Part shown: positions 55,718 through 64,000 of the stretch, one piece after another
How the letters are laid out: each line of letters begins with the position of its first letter
Numbering within the stretch: position 1 is the first letter of the stretch
NCBI GenBank assembly: GCA_963765765.1
Contig: CAVXYC010000015.1
Span: forward strand, 320,001-384,000
Length of the DNA: 64,000 bases
DNA from: an uncultured Chloroflexia bacterium
Lineage (GTDB): Bacteria; Chloroflexota; UBA6077; JACCZL01
Direction of reading: 5' to 3'
Notes under the pieces: generated by a model
The model's database searches: none
What the model saw: only the letters and a program-made list of their open reading frames with translations
Told to the model about the DNA's origin: nothing
Made by a program: the position numbers and the translations under genes

Positions 55718-56377
55718 GTGGCACCTATGAGACAGGATGCAGCGGATGCATCTCGTCTTCCTCCTCAGAATCACGGCTTACCTTCCGGCAAGTCTCGGCA
55801 GGATACGGCGCTAGCCTGCACCTGGTCAACGTACCCATCTCGTTGACACACGGCTCGCACTCAACCGGCGACTGTGCTCCAGACAGTCAGCATGGCGCTT
55901 TCAAGCGTTCGACCTCCGGTGCCAGGCGAGGTGAGGATCATCTGCGGGTCACGACGGTCGCCACGTCGTCCAGCGGGCTCAAGCGCGCGGCTATCGCCCG
56001 TCCCGTCGATTAGGCTGTTCGATCTTCAGCCGAACGTCACGAAAGCGACTGCTCGCCGCATCCTTCGCAGACAGCTATTCCCGTGTTGAGATATTGACGG
56101 AATGCCGGCGTGCGGACCGCCTTCTATCGGGATCAGTCAGATCGCACATTCAATGCGGATGTTCAGGCGTTATCCCGAGAAGTCCCCAGTATGACGAGTC
56201 GATGTCTATCTGGCAGACCCCCGGAGCTTGCCGGTCCCTACCGAGGCTGGGCAAATGTGGGGGAGACGAGCCTACACAGGGTAGGGATCCAGACCGATGC
56301 GAGCAAGCACGGTGTACGCGTGACTTATCGGCGCACGAGGTGTGACACGGTCACAACGCCGGGCACCGACTCATGGC

Positions 56378-57491
56378 CTAGTCGAACGAAGACTTGACTG
56401 CTTGCTCCACCTGCTGTTGCAGCTCACGCCGCACTGGATCCAGGCCTTTCTCCACCTGCTGCAGAAGTTGCTGCCGCACCGGCTCCAGGGCTTCGTCAAC
56501 TTGCTGCTGAAGCTCCCGCCGCACCGGCTCCAAAGCCTCATCTACCTGCTGCCGGAGCTGTTGCCTGATCGGGTCCAGCGCGTGATCCACCTGGGTCTCG
56601 AGCTCTCTCCGTAGCGGCTCGAGTGCCTGGTCCATCTGCTGCTGTACGGCTTCCGAGACCTGCCTCTCGACCTGCGTCAGCACGGGTTGAACCGCCTGCG
56701 TAATCTGCTGCTCGAGTACCTCTCCCAGGTCATCACCGACACCGGCCGGCAGTCCGCTTCTCGCTGCCCTCGCCGGCTGCTCCTGCTCACGGCCCCGTGG
56801 CTGCTCCTGCTGGCGACCACCCGGCTCGCTCCTGTTCGTTCCGGCCCTTTGGCTCGTCGCGCTCGCTACTACCAGCCTTGGCCTGCTCTTGCTCGCGGCC
56901 TTTCGGCTGCTCGCTACTACCAGCCTTGGCCTGCTCTTGCTCGCGGCCTTTCGGCTGCTCGCTACTACCAGCCTTGGCCTGCTCTTGCTCGCGGCCTTTC
57001 GGCTGCTCGCTACTACCAGCCTTGGCCTGCTCTTGCTCGCGGCCTTTCGGCTGCTCGCTACTACCAGCCTTGGCCTGCTCTTGCTCGCGGCCTTTCGGCT
57101 GCTCGCTACTACCAGCCTTGGCCTGCTCTTGCTCGCGGCCTTTCGGCTGCTCGCTACTACCAGCCTTGGCCTGCTCTTGCTCGCGGCCTTTCGGCTGCTC
57201 GCTACTACCAGCCTTGGCCTGCTCTTGCTCGCGGCCTTTCGGCTGCTCGCTACGGTCGCTGCGACTCTTGGCTTGCTCCTGCTCGCGGCCTTTTGGCTGC
57301 TCGTCCCGCTCGCTACGGCTCTTGGCCTGCTCTTGCTCGCGGCCTTTCGGCTGCTCGGTGCGGTCGCTCCGACTCTTGGCTTGTTCCTGCTCGCGGCCTT
57401 TTGGCTGCTCGCTGCGGTCACTGCGACTCTTGGCTTGTTCCTGCTCGCGGCCCTTCGGCTGCGTTGGCGATTTCTTCTTGGTGGTGGCCAT
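56378..57491 (-). CDS. Unknown repeat protein: charged tandem repeats, shared motif and 15-aa helical repeats; frameshift near 56830
   Basis: ORF 56787..57491 (MATTKKK..., RBS GAGGGAAG) joins the C-terminal part of ORF 56378..57421. Confidence 0.75.
56862..57461 (-). repeat. Coding tandem repeat: 4 x 54 bp followed by 8 x identical 48 bp
   Basis: Encodes QPKGREQEQAKSRS(D/E)R(S/T/D)E x4 then QPKGREQEQAKAGSSE x8. Confidence 0.93.
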
Positions 57492-57564
57492 CGAACTTCC
57501 CTCTACGAATTTTGTTTCACGCTAGCGTGGCGGCGGTATTCACGCGCGCCGCACCTAAACCGGC

Positions 57565-58993
57565 TCAACTGTCGGACGCCGGTGGTGATTTTCCGGATGG
57601 AGCCCGACCACGGTGAGGAGGTTGTCCTTCGCGAATAGGACGGGCTGTCGACGGTGCGGACCCCGAAGGCGGGCGCCCGCCGGAAGGTGGCTGGCCAAGT
57701 TGACCCTGAGTTGATTGTTTGACCGCGTTTTCCATCCCCTCGGCCACTCGCTGCTGAAGTTGCTCCGTCTCCTCTTTCAGACGCTCACGGAAAGCCTCGA
57801 CAGCCTGGGTCATCTGGTCCCGCAGCTCGTCCTCCCCTTTCTCGGTCACTTTTCCCTTGGTGGAATCGCCGACATCCGACTGAACGGCCCCCCGCGCAGC
57901 TTGGACGGTCTCCTTGGCCTTGTGCTGCAGCTCCTTAGGTGCAGCGGCCGTGATAGTCCCGAGACCATCTTTGAGCGTCGAGCCGAGCCGGTACTGAAGG
58001 CCGCGGAGGATCACTCTAAGCACGAGCTGAAGGACCTGCTCCAGGTGGCCTAGCAGCATATCCAGAAGCTGCTTAAGCAAGGCACCCAGGCCTTCTTGAC
58101 CCTCCCGCAACATGGTGCGGAAGTCCCGCTCGATTAACGCGTGGATCGCCCGCTCTCCGTGTGCTTGCAGCTCGGTCCGTACCTGGCCTTCGAAAACAGC
58201 ATCGAGTGTCTCGCGTACCAGAGTCTCAAGCGTCTGCTCCACATCCGGGCGCAAGTCCTTCCGTGCATCGTCATCTGGGATGAAGTTCAGGCTGATCTGG
58301 AGCAGCGATTGAACTCCCTGCTGCAGCTCCCGCTCCAGGGTAGTGCGCGTGGAATCCGAGAATATCAGGTCGAGACCAACATCGAGTCGCGACCGTAGCC
58401 AGTGCTCGGCCTGTTGCTCTAAGATTTCAGGAGCAGCCTTGCGCAGCATCTCGGGAGCCGCTTTAAGCAACGCCCCGGAAATGGCCGGCAGGAGCTTCTG
58501 GAATCCTGACTGACCTTCCGTATCGCCCTGCTGCGCCGATTCCGTTGGCTCCTTCCGCTCCGCTCGCTGAGCCGACGCCGGTGGCTCTTTCTGCTCCGGC
58601 TGCTCCCTACGCTCCGCTCGCTGAGCCGACGCCGGTGGCTCTTTTCTGCTCCGGCTGCTCCCTACGCTCCGCTCGCTGAGCCGGCTCCGATGGCTTCCTC
58701 CGTACCTCTTGCTGTCCGTTCCGTTGGCCAGACTCAGAGGCCGGTGCAGCTTGCTGGCGCGAGCCCTGGTTGGGAGGTGGCGCCGGCTGGCGCGGGCCCT
58801 CGTCGGGGTGGAGCGCCTGTTGCATCTGCTCCCGAACGGCCTGTGCCATCTGTTGTTGGAACTCTGCCAGGACGGGCTGGAGTGCCTCCTGAACGTGCTG
58901 CTGGAGCGCTGGACCTAACTCTCGGCTAACCCCCGCTCGGGCGCCTGCGTCGCTCCGTCCCGCCGGCGCCGACCGCTCGTCCTCGTCAGTCAC
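57565..58993 (-). CDS. Unknown helical protein with shared motif; 1-bp frameshift at ~58643
   Basis: AAGGAGG RBS; two copies of a 54-bp repeat differ by one T (TTT vs TTTT), and removing it joins ORFs 58607..58993 and 57565..58470. Confidence 0.8.
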
Positions 58994-59113
58994 TTGATCC
59001 TCCTTGCCACGGCCGTGCTCGGCTCACCCTGCTCTCGCTTTACCATAGTAGTCCTAAGTAGTCCTAGTACGTTCAGAATGCGGCGCTTTCCTTGTAGGGT
59101 GACCCGGTAGACG

Positions 59114-59144
59114 AATAGCCGGCCATATCCAGGAGCCGGCTATT
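59114..59144. terminator. Hairpin/terminator downstream of the 59351..60082 gene
   Basis: AATAGCCGGC...GCCGGCTATT stem. Confidence 0.55.
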
Positions 59145-59350
59145 TCGCACAGTGTCTCCCGCAACGATCAGTGGCTTCTCGAGCAGTCGCCCGAAGGATT
59201 CGCTGCGGCCCACCCTTGCTCAACCGATGGAACGCCGTACGGCGTTCCATCGGTTGAGTCAGCTATTCACGAGGCTTTCCCATTTTCACGTGCAAGCCTC
59301 GTGGTGGCCTGCTCGTGCCGTAAGGAAGACGCGGGCGACCTAGCCCGGGC

Positions 59351-60082
59351 TTATGACGTCGCGCCCTGTGTCACGCGGCTCGCCATAGATCCGACCGCCC
59401 CTCCCAGGGCTCCGGCCCCGCGACCTACCAGCCCGGCCGGTATCTTGAGGCCCTGCCACAATGCAACGACGATCAGCCGTAGTAATGACACAACAGTCTG
59501 GAGCAATCCGCGCACGGTCAGCAGCAGCTCGCGCAGCGTATTGACCAAGCGCTGGACCGTCTCCTTCAAGGCAGCAACAATCATTTTGACCGCTTGCTGT
59601 AGCGGTGACTGATCCTCCCCATCGTCCTGGACGGCCGGCCCTGAAAGCAAGCTAGACACCATCCCCGCAGCTTTGCCAAGCGGGGACTTGGATTTTTCCT
59701 GCTCCTCTCCATCCTCCGAGCCCGACTCAGATCCCGACTCGGACTCGCCGCCCTGGCGAGTCTGGTCCAGCGTTTGCTCGACCTGCTGCTGGACCTGCTG
59801 ACGGATGGGGTCCAGCGCCTGATCGACCTGCTGTTCCACCTCTTGGCGCGTGAGCTGAAGTGCCTCCTCCATCTGCTCTCGGACGGCTTGCGCTATCTGC
59901 TGCTGGAGGTCACCAAGAACCGGCTGGACGGCCTGCGCAATCTGTTCCTGCAATGCCTGACCCAGCGGCTGACCTCCGTCCGCGAATTCCCGGTCACGGC
60001 CGTCCTGCGGTGCTTGAGTATCCTCGGCCTGCGGTTCTCGCTCCTGCGTCTGCTGTCCCGATTGCGCTCGCTCGGTGGCCAT
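59351..60082 (-). CDS. Unknown Q/E-rich protein with shared motif and amphipathic C-terminus
   Basis: AAGGGAGG RBS; intact 243-aa ORF. Confidence 0.8.
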   Translation of the reverse strand: MATERAQSGQQTQEREPQAEDTQAPQDGRDREFADGGQPLGQALQEQIAQAVQPVLGDLQQQIAQAVREQMEEALQLTRQEVEQQVDQALDPIRQQVQQQVEQTLDQTRQGGESESGSESGSEDGEEQEKSKSPLGKAAGMVSSLLSGPAVQDDGEDQSPLQQAVKMIVAALKETVQRLVNTLRELLLTVRGLLQTVVSLLRLIVVALWQGLKIPAGLVGRGAGALGGAVGSMASRVTQGATS

Positions 60083-60316
60083 TACGCCTCCCTTTCATTC
60101 TCTACAATTTGCTTCGATACGATTTGAATCTTCAAGCTTAAATCATTGATGGGCTCAGTCACCACAAGTCTACCCCCACCCGGGTGCCCATATTACCTCG
60201 CTGGGCGATAGCTTGGGGTAGCTGTGACGGGCTCGACGGCCCGTAGTAGCGCAGTTAATGTGCCGGCCGTATTTAACGGATTCCACACGGGAGCGTAGTA
60301 CCGGCCACGTCCCGTC

Positions 60317-60847
60317 TCAGGATCTGGGAGCCCGGCGTGAAGAGCTCCGCCTTCGTGGGCTCGTCCGTGGCTCAGCCGGTGGCTCCTGGTCTGTCTCCGT
60401 AGTTGGCTCCTGAGCTGTCGCTGTAGGTGGCTCCTGGGCTGCCTCGGTAGCTGCTGGCACTTGGGCGGCTTCGGTAGGTGGCGCTTGGCCGGCCTCAGCG
60501 GTCCGGTCAGCCAATCGAGCCTCTAGACGATCGAGGCGCTGTTGGAGGCGGTCTCTGTCTTCTTCCAGCGCTCTGGCGCGTGACGAGAGGGCGGGGTCGG
60601 ACTGCCACCAGTTGATCCCGATCTCTTGGGCCTTGTCGACGGACGCAATCAGCAGGCGTATCCGCAGAGTTAAGACCTCCACCGTGCCCAGCGAGAGCGT
60701 GATATCCCCCGCGATAACGATTCCCTTGTCGAGCACCCGCTCGAGCAGGTCGGCCAAATTGGCGGGCTGAGTGGCACCGACAGGCTGCCGGCTGGACATG
60801 CTGCTGGTTGGCCTTCCAGCCATGGATCGATTGGAGCCTTCAGTCAT
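60317..60847 (-). CDS. gvpJ: Gas vesicle protein, GvpA/GvpJ family, with coiled coil and Pro/Glu/Thr tail
   Basis: NLADLLERVLDKGIVIAGDITLSLGTVEVLTLRIRLLIASVDKAQEIGINWW. Confidence 0.85.
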   Translation of the reverse strand: MTEGSNRSMAGRPTSSMSSRQPVGATQPANLADLLERVLDKGIVIAGDITLSLGTVEVLTLRIRLLIASVDKAQEIGINWWQSDPALSSRARALEEDRDRLQQRLDRLEARLADRTAEAGQAPPTEAAQVPAATEAAQEPPTATAQEPTTETDQEPPAEPRTSPRRRSSSRRAPRS

Positions 60848-61050
60848 ACTTCTCCTCCGGCGCCCTCGGCTCTGGCCGGCCGTACGCCAGTCGAACGTTG
60901 CTACAGTTGGCGAGGAGTCCCACGCGAGGCGTGGGACTCCAGTGCGAGCTGGGATCGATGCAGCCGTGTTGGGGCCTGGGAGACTCGGTCACCGGCGCCG
61001 TCACGGCCCTTTTTGCAATCGCATAGTCGCCCTTAGCACATTGTGAGCCG

Positions 61051-61516
61051 TTATTCCGTTAGCAGATCGCGGAGCGGCCCGAGGTTTAGATTCAGATCCT
61101 CGTTCTCCAGGCCAAAGCTCGCCTTTAACTCAGTCATCTTCTGCTCGAGCTTCAGGAACGTTTCGCCCATTCGCTCAATCTCATCATCGCTCAGGGATCC
61201 CGCGTCAATCCGGTGCATGGCTTGCTTTTCCAGCAACTGGCGGACGACATCGATGAGGGCCAGTACCAGCTTGGCAAGGCCCTGCTCCACGCTCTCCTCG
61301 TCGGCGTTGATCCGCTCCGGAAAGAGGGGATCCGGTGCCTGTTCGGCGGTTTCCACCCGCCAATGGCTCGTCGAGTGATGATTCAGCTCGCGAGCGGCTG
61401 CTGACCTGCGCGAATTCTTGAGCGAAATCGCGCAGGTCAGCCAGGTCGCCACTCAGCCGCTGTTCGAGCTCGATTGACCTATCTTCGTCCACCTTGCCTC
61501 GCATTTCGCTGCCCAT
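61051..61516 (-). CDS. gvpK: Gas vesicle protein K, frameshift near 61350
   Basis: EQGLAKLVLALIDVVRQLLEKQAMHRIDAGSLSDDEIERMG...FGL..EDLNLNLGPL. Confidence 0.88.
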
Positions 61517-61522
61517 GCACGG

Positions 61523-62485
61523 TCACAGAAGCTGTTCTAGCCGGTTGAGAATATTCAGGGCGCTGTGGAATCTCCCCTCACGCTCGAGGTCATCGGCCAG
61601 CTCCAGAAGCTCTTCCGCCGCGGCATTCGCGGCACCCCCACCGGGGTAGCGGATCAGCACCTGCGTGTAGGCATGAATTGCCTGGTATGTGCTTCCCGCC
61701 TCGTGCCACCTTCTGGCTAGGCGCAGCAGCCCGACGCGCGCCGCGGACCTCCCGTCGAATACCCACGGCTGTGCTCCTCGCTCGGCCGGACGACGGTCAA
61801 TTTGAGTGCTGCGCTGTAGCCGACGCCCCCCAGTAGTAGCCAGTTGGCGCCGTTCGCCGCCATCGGTTCTTTGTTCCCGTTGGGCCGGCCTCTCGACTCC
61901 ACGATCTTGTTGGGCTGCCCTCTCGCCATCACGTTCTTGTGGGGCTGGCCTCTCGCGATCACGCACTTGTTGGGCCGGCCTCTCGTCATCATCTTCTTGT
62001 GGGGATGGCCTGTCTGTATCACGCTGCGCGGGGGGCGAGTCTGCTTGCCGCCCGGCCTGCTGAGACCTCGGGCGCGCCGACTGCTGCTCATCCGACTGCT
62101 GCTCATCCGACTGCTGCTCATCCGACTGCCGCTCATCCACCTGCTGCTCCTCCGATCGGTTCGGTCCGGACGAACGTTGTGCGTCGCCCTCGGGCTGGCG
62201 AGCTAACTGGGACACTTGGCTGCTATGCTCCTGCACGGTCTGCTCCACCTGCTGACGGAACTCCTCCATGGCAGGCTCAAGGGCTTGCGCGATCTGTTCC
62301 TGGAGCAGCCGACCGAAGTCCTGGAGACCATCCGATGATTCGGCCTCGCTCTCAGAGCGCTCACGCTGCTCCGCGTTGTTGCTCGTCGATGCCGCCTCCT
62401 CAGCCTCGGGCTCATCTCGCTCGCGCTGATCCTGCTCCGCTTCGTTGTCCTCGCGTCGCCCTCTCTGGGGTGGTCTCGTAGCCAT
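61523..62485 (-). CDS. Unknown protein in the gvp cluster: disordered region, shared motif and C-terminal TPR-like pair
   Basis: Abuts gvpL/F and gvpK; QQSDE repeats; LLRLARRWHEAG..YQAI..Y..VL..YP...AA..AAEELLELA. Confidence 0.8.
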   Translation of the reverse strand: MATRPPQRGRREDNEAEQDQRERDEPEAEEAASTSNNAEQRERSESEAESSDGLQDFGRLLQEQIAQALEPAMEEFRQQVEQTVQEHSSQVSQLARQPEGDAQRSSGPNRSEEQQVDERQSDEQQSDEQQSDEQQSARPRSQQAGRQADSPPAQRDTDRPSPQEDDDERPAQQVRDRERPAPQERDGERAAQQDRGVERPAQREQRTDGGERRQLATTGGRRLQRSTQIDRRPAERGAQPWVFDGRSAARVGLLRLARRWHEAGSTYQAIHAYTQVLIRYPGGGAANAAAEELLELADDLEREGRFHSALNILNRLEQLL

Positions 62486-63352
62486 TTACATACCTCTTTG
62501 GAGATGATTCTTATCGGCGTGGTCGATTGGTTGGTCTTCGGCTGCGCGGCTGCCTCCTCGTGGCGACGAGCTGGGGGTTCGGGCCACAGCGACCGGCCCC
62601 CCTTGTCCGTCCGTTCGCTGCTCGCCTATTCGCGTGGGAGTAACAAAGCTATAGGGAGGCCAGGGGCCGCTCAAGAGGAACCGAAGCTCCGGATGTACCC
62701 GCCTCGTCTGGTCGAAGGTTTCCCGGAACCCTCGCACCTGTGACGGATCCAGAAGATAGGCCGCCCGTGCGGCCATACGTGGGGTCGGTAGGATGGTCCA
62801 GCGACGGTCAAGTGTCTCAGGGCTGAGCGCTTCGTCAAGGTTGCGCGCGAGCTCCTTGGCCTTGCTCCGGATAGCCGCCTCGCTGTGCCGTCTGCGCACC
62901 CGGGCCTGCAAGTAGCGTGCCCCGGGCCCTTGCGGATCGATTGGCTCGGAGTCGCGCGGACCTTCTTGCACCGGTTCTTCCTGAACGAGAGGTGGTTCCC
63001 AGAGTACGGTCAGACCCATCTCCACCTTATCGCCCAGCCGTGCCAGGTCGGCAGTCAAAATGGATTGGCGCTCTACCAGTGCCGCGGTGACGGCATCGGC
63101 ATTGGCCAGGACTGTCCCAAAGCGCACCGGGAGCGCGGCGCCCGCCTGACATACGGCTTCGACCACCGTCTCGTGCTGGAGCACGTGCTCCGCTGACGGC
63201 TCGACGAAGTCCATCCCATCGAGCGCGCTTGTGACGGCCGCAAGATCACCACACGGTATCTTGAAGAGCCGCGCTCCCCCATGCCCAACGAGGTCCGCTG
63301 GGATACATGTCTCCCGCGCAACGATTGCGTAGACGTAGCAGCCGCTAGCCAT
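62486..63352 (-). CDS. GvpL/GvpF family gas vesicle protein
   Basis: YVYAIV, HETVVEAV, LPVRFGT, EMGL, AAYLL, SGPWPPYSF. Confidence 0.93.
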   Translation of the reverse strand: MASGCYVYAIVARETCIPADLVGHGGARLFKIPCGDLAAVTSALDGMDFVEPSAEHVLQHETVVEAVCQAGAALPVRFGTVLANADAVTAALVERQSILTADLARLGDKVEMGLTVLWEPPLVQEEPVQEGPRDSEPIDPQGPGARYLQARVRRRHSEAAIRSKAKELARNLDEALSPETLDRRWTILPTPRMAARAAYLLDPSQVRGFRETFDQTRRVHPELRFLLSGPWPPYSFVTPTRIGEQRTDGQGGPVAVARTPSSSPRGGSRAAEDQPIDHADKNHLQRGM

Positions 63353-63355
63353 CGA

Positions 63356-63565
63356 TCATTCCAGGCTCTCGCCCATCAAACTGCCGGCTCGCATCTCCTC
63401 TGCGCGTTCGATCGAGGAGAGCATAATTCGCAGTCCGAGATAGATCAGGTCGACGTTTGCCACGGAGATGGTGATGTCCCCCGCGAGTATGACCCCGTGA
63501 CCGACGACACGATCCAGGAGCTCTACGAGCGTCACTTCTCTCGCTTCAGCCTCGGTAGTGCTCAT
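63356..63565 (-). CDS. Small GvpA-family gas vesicle protein (GvpS/GvpM-like)
   Basis: VTLVELLDRVVGHGVILAGDITISVANVDLIYLGLRIMLSS. Confidence 0.88.
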   Translation of the reverse strand: MSTTEAEAREVTLVELLDRVVGHGVILAGDITISVANVDLIYLGLRIMLSSIERAEEMRAGSLMGESLE

Positions 63566-63999
63566 CCCGATCCCTCACCCGCCAGCACGGCGAAGCTGTA
63601 CGGCGGCCAGGGCCCGCTGTAGGCGCAACGGAATCCTTCCTGGCACTCGTTCCAGGTCCGAATTTCCTCAAGAAACGTCTCTTGACCCTCGCGGTGCACG
63701 AGAAAGGCTGCTCGCAGAATTTCGACTTCGCCGGAGGCACCGGGGGCCACGCGCGCAACGGAGCTTCGTTCTTCCCCCACCGCCCAACGACCAAGCTCCT
63801 CGTACAGCGCCTCGGCCGCATCGCTCGTTGCTTGCCGAGTCGCCTTGTCGAGCTCATCGGTGAGCTTTCGGCGGAGAAAGAAGGCTCGACCTGGCGGAGC
63901 GGTACTGGCCTCTTGCTGCAGCCGTTGCACGCTCGGGTGCTCAGCCTCGAGATACTTCTCAACGGCCCGGCGATCGGCGTAGAGATGGACTGCCCATTC
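63562..63999 (-). CDS. GvpL/GvpF family gas vesicle protein (5'-truncated by the window edge)
   Basis: Frame open from 63999: EWAVHLY...PGRAFFLRRK...AAFLV...SGPWPPYSF. Confidence 0.9.
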   Translation of the reverse strand, partial: EWAVHLYADRRAVEKYLEAEHPSVQRLQQEASTAPPGRAFFLRRKLTDELDKATRQATSDAAEALYEELGRWAVGEERSSVARVAPGASGEVEILRAAFLVHREGQETFLEEIRTWNECQEGFRCAYSGPWPPYSFAVLAGEGSG

Positions 64000-64000
64000 A

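Noticed and set aside
56862-57461. Regular repeat array as a CRISPR array
   Set aside because: Units are contiguous multiples of 3 bp with no unique spacers, they encode an in-frame peptide, and no cas genes are present.
56687-57638. Long plus-strand ORFs over the repeat array
   Set aside because: Shadow frames kept open by the repeat; the RBS, composition and operon direction favour the minus strand.

Overview
GC-rich bacterial chromosome window, most likely from an uncultured Chloroflexota lineage (inferred from 16S signatures such as GATTAGATACCCGGGTAGTCC and Pro/Ala/Lys-linker lipoprotein SBPs). From left to right: an accessory stretch ending in a tyrosine integrase next to tRNA-Lys(CTT) (~1-6.8 kb); a DUF427 gene with an in-frame TGA at the family's conserved Cys plus a bacterial SECIS-like hairpin (candidate selenoprotein), next to a DinB gene; an alpha-glucan cluster (glgE-malQ-glgB-GH57); two stand-alone xanthine-dehydrogenase-type Mo subunits flanking a sugar/G3P ABC transporter and an SDR; a secreted transglutaminase-elicitor-like protein; an amidohydrolase/ABC/dienelactone hydrolase operon preceded by an unannotated ~290-nt transcription unit; MFS, amidase and FmdB genes; a complete ISKra4/ISLre2-like IS inserted 16 bp upstream of the rRNA P1 promoter; a full rrn operon (16S-tRNA-Ile-23S-5S) with tRNA-fMet and tRNA-Glu; and the distal end of a gas-vesicle gene cluster (gvpL/F x2, gvpA/J-family x2, gvpK), interleaved with and followed by four unknown Q/E/R-rich proteins sharing a ~37-aa amphipathic motif. 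About a dozen genes carry 1-bp indels, probably long-read consensus errors. The strongest novelty candidates are the gas-vesicle-associated motif protein family, the Sec-DUF427 gene and the small structured RNA/peptide unit.
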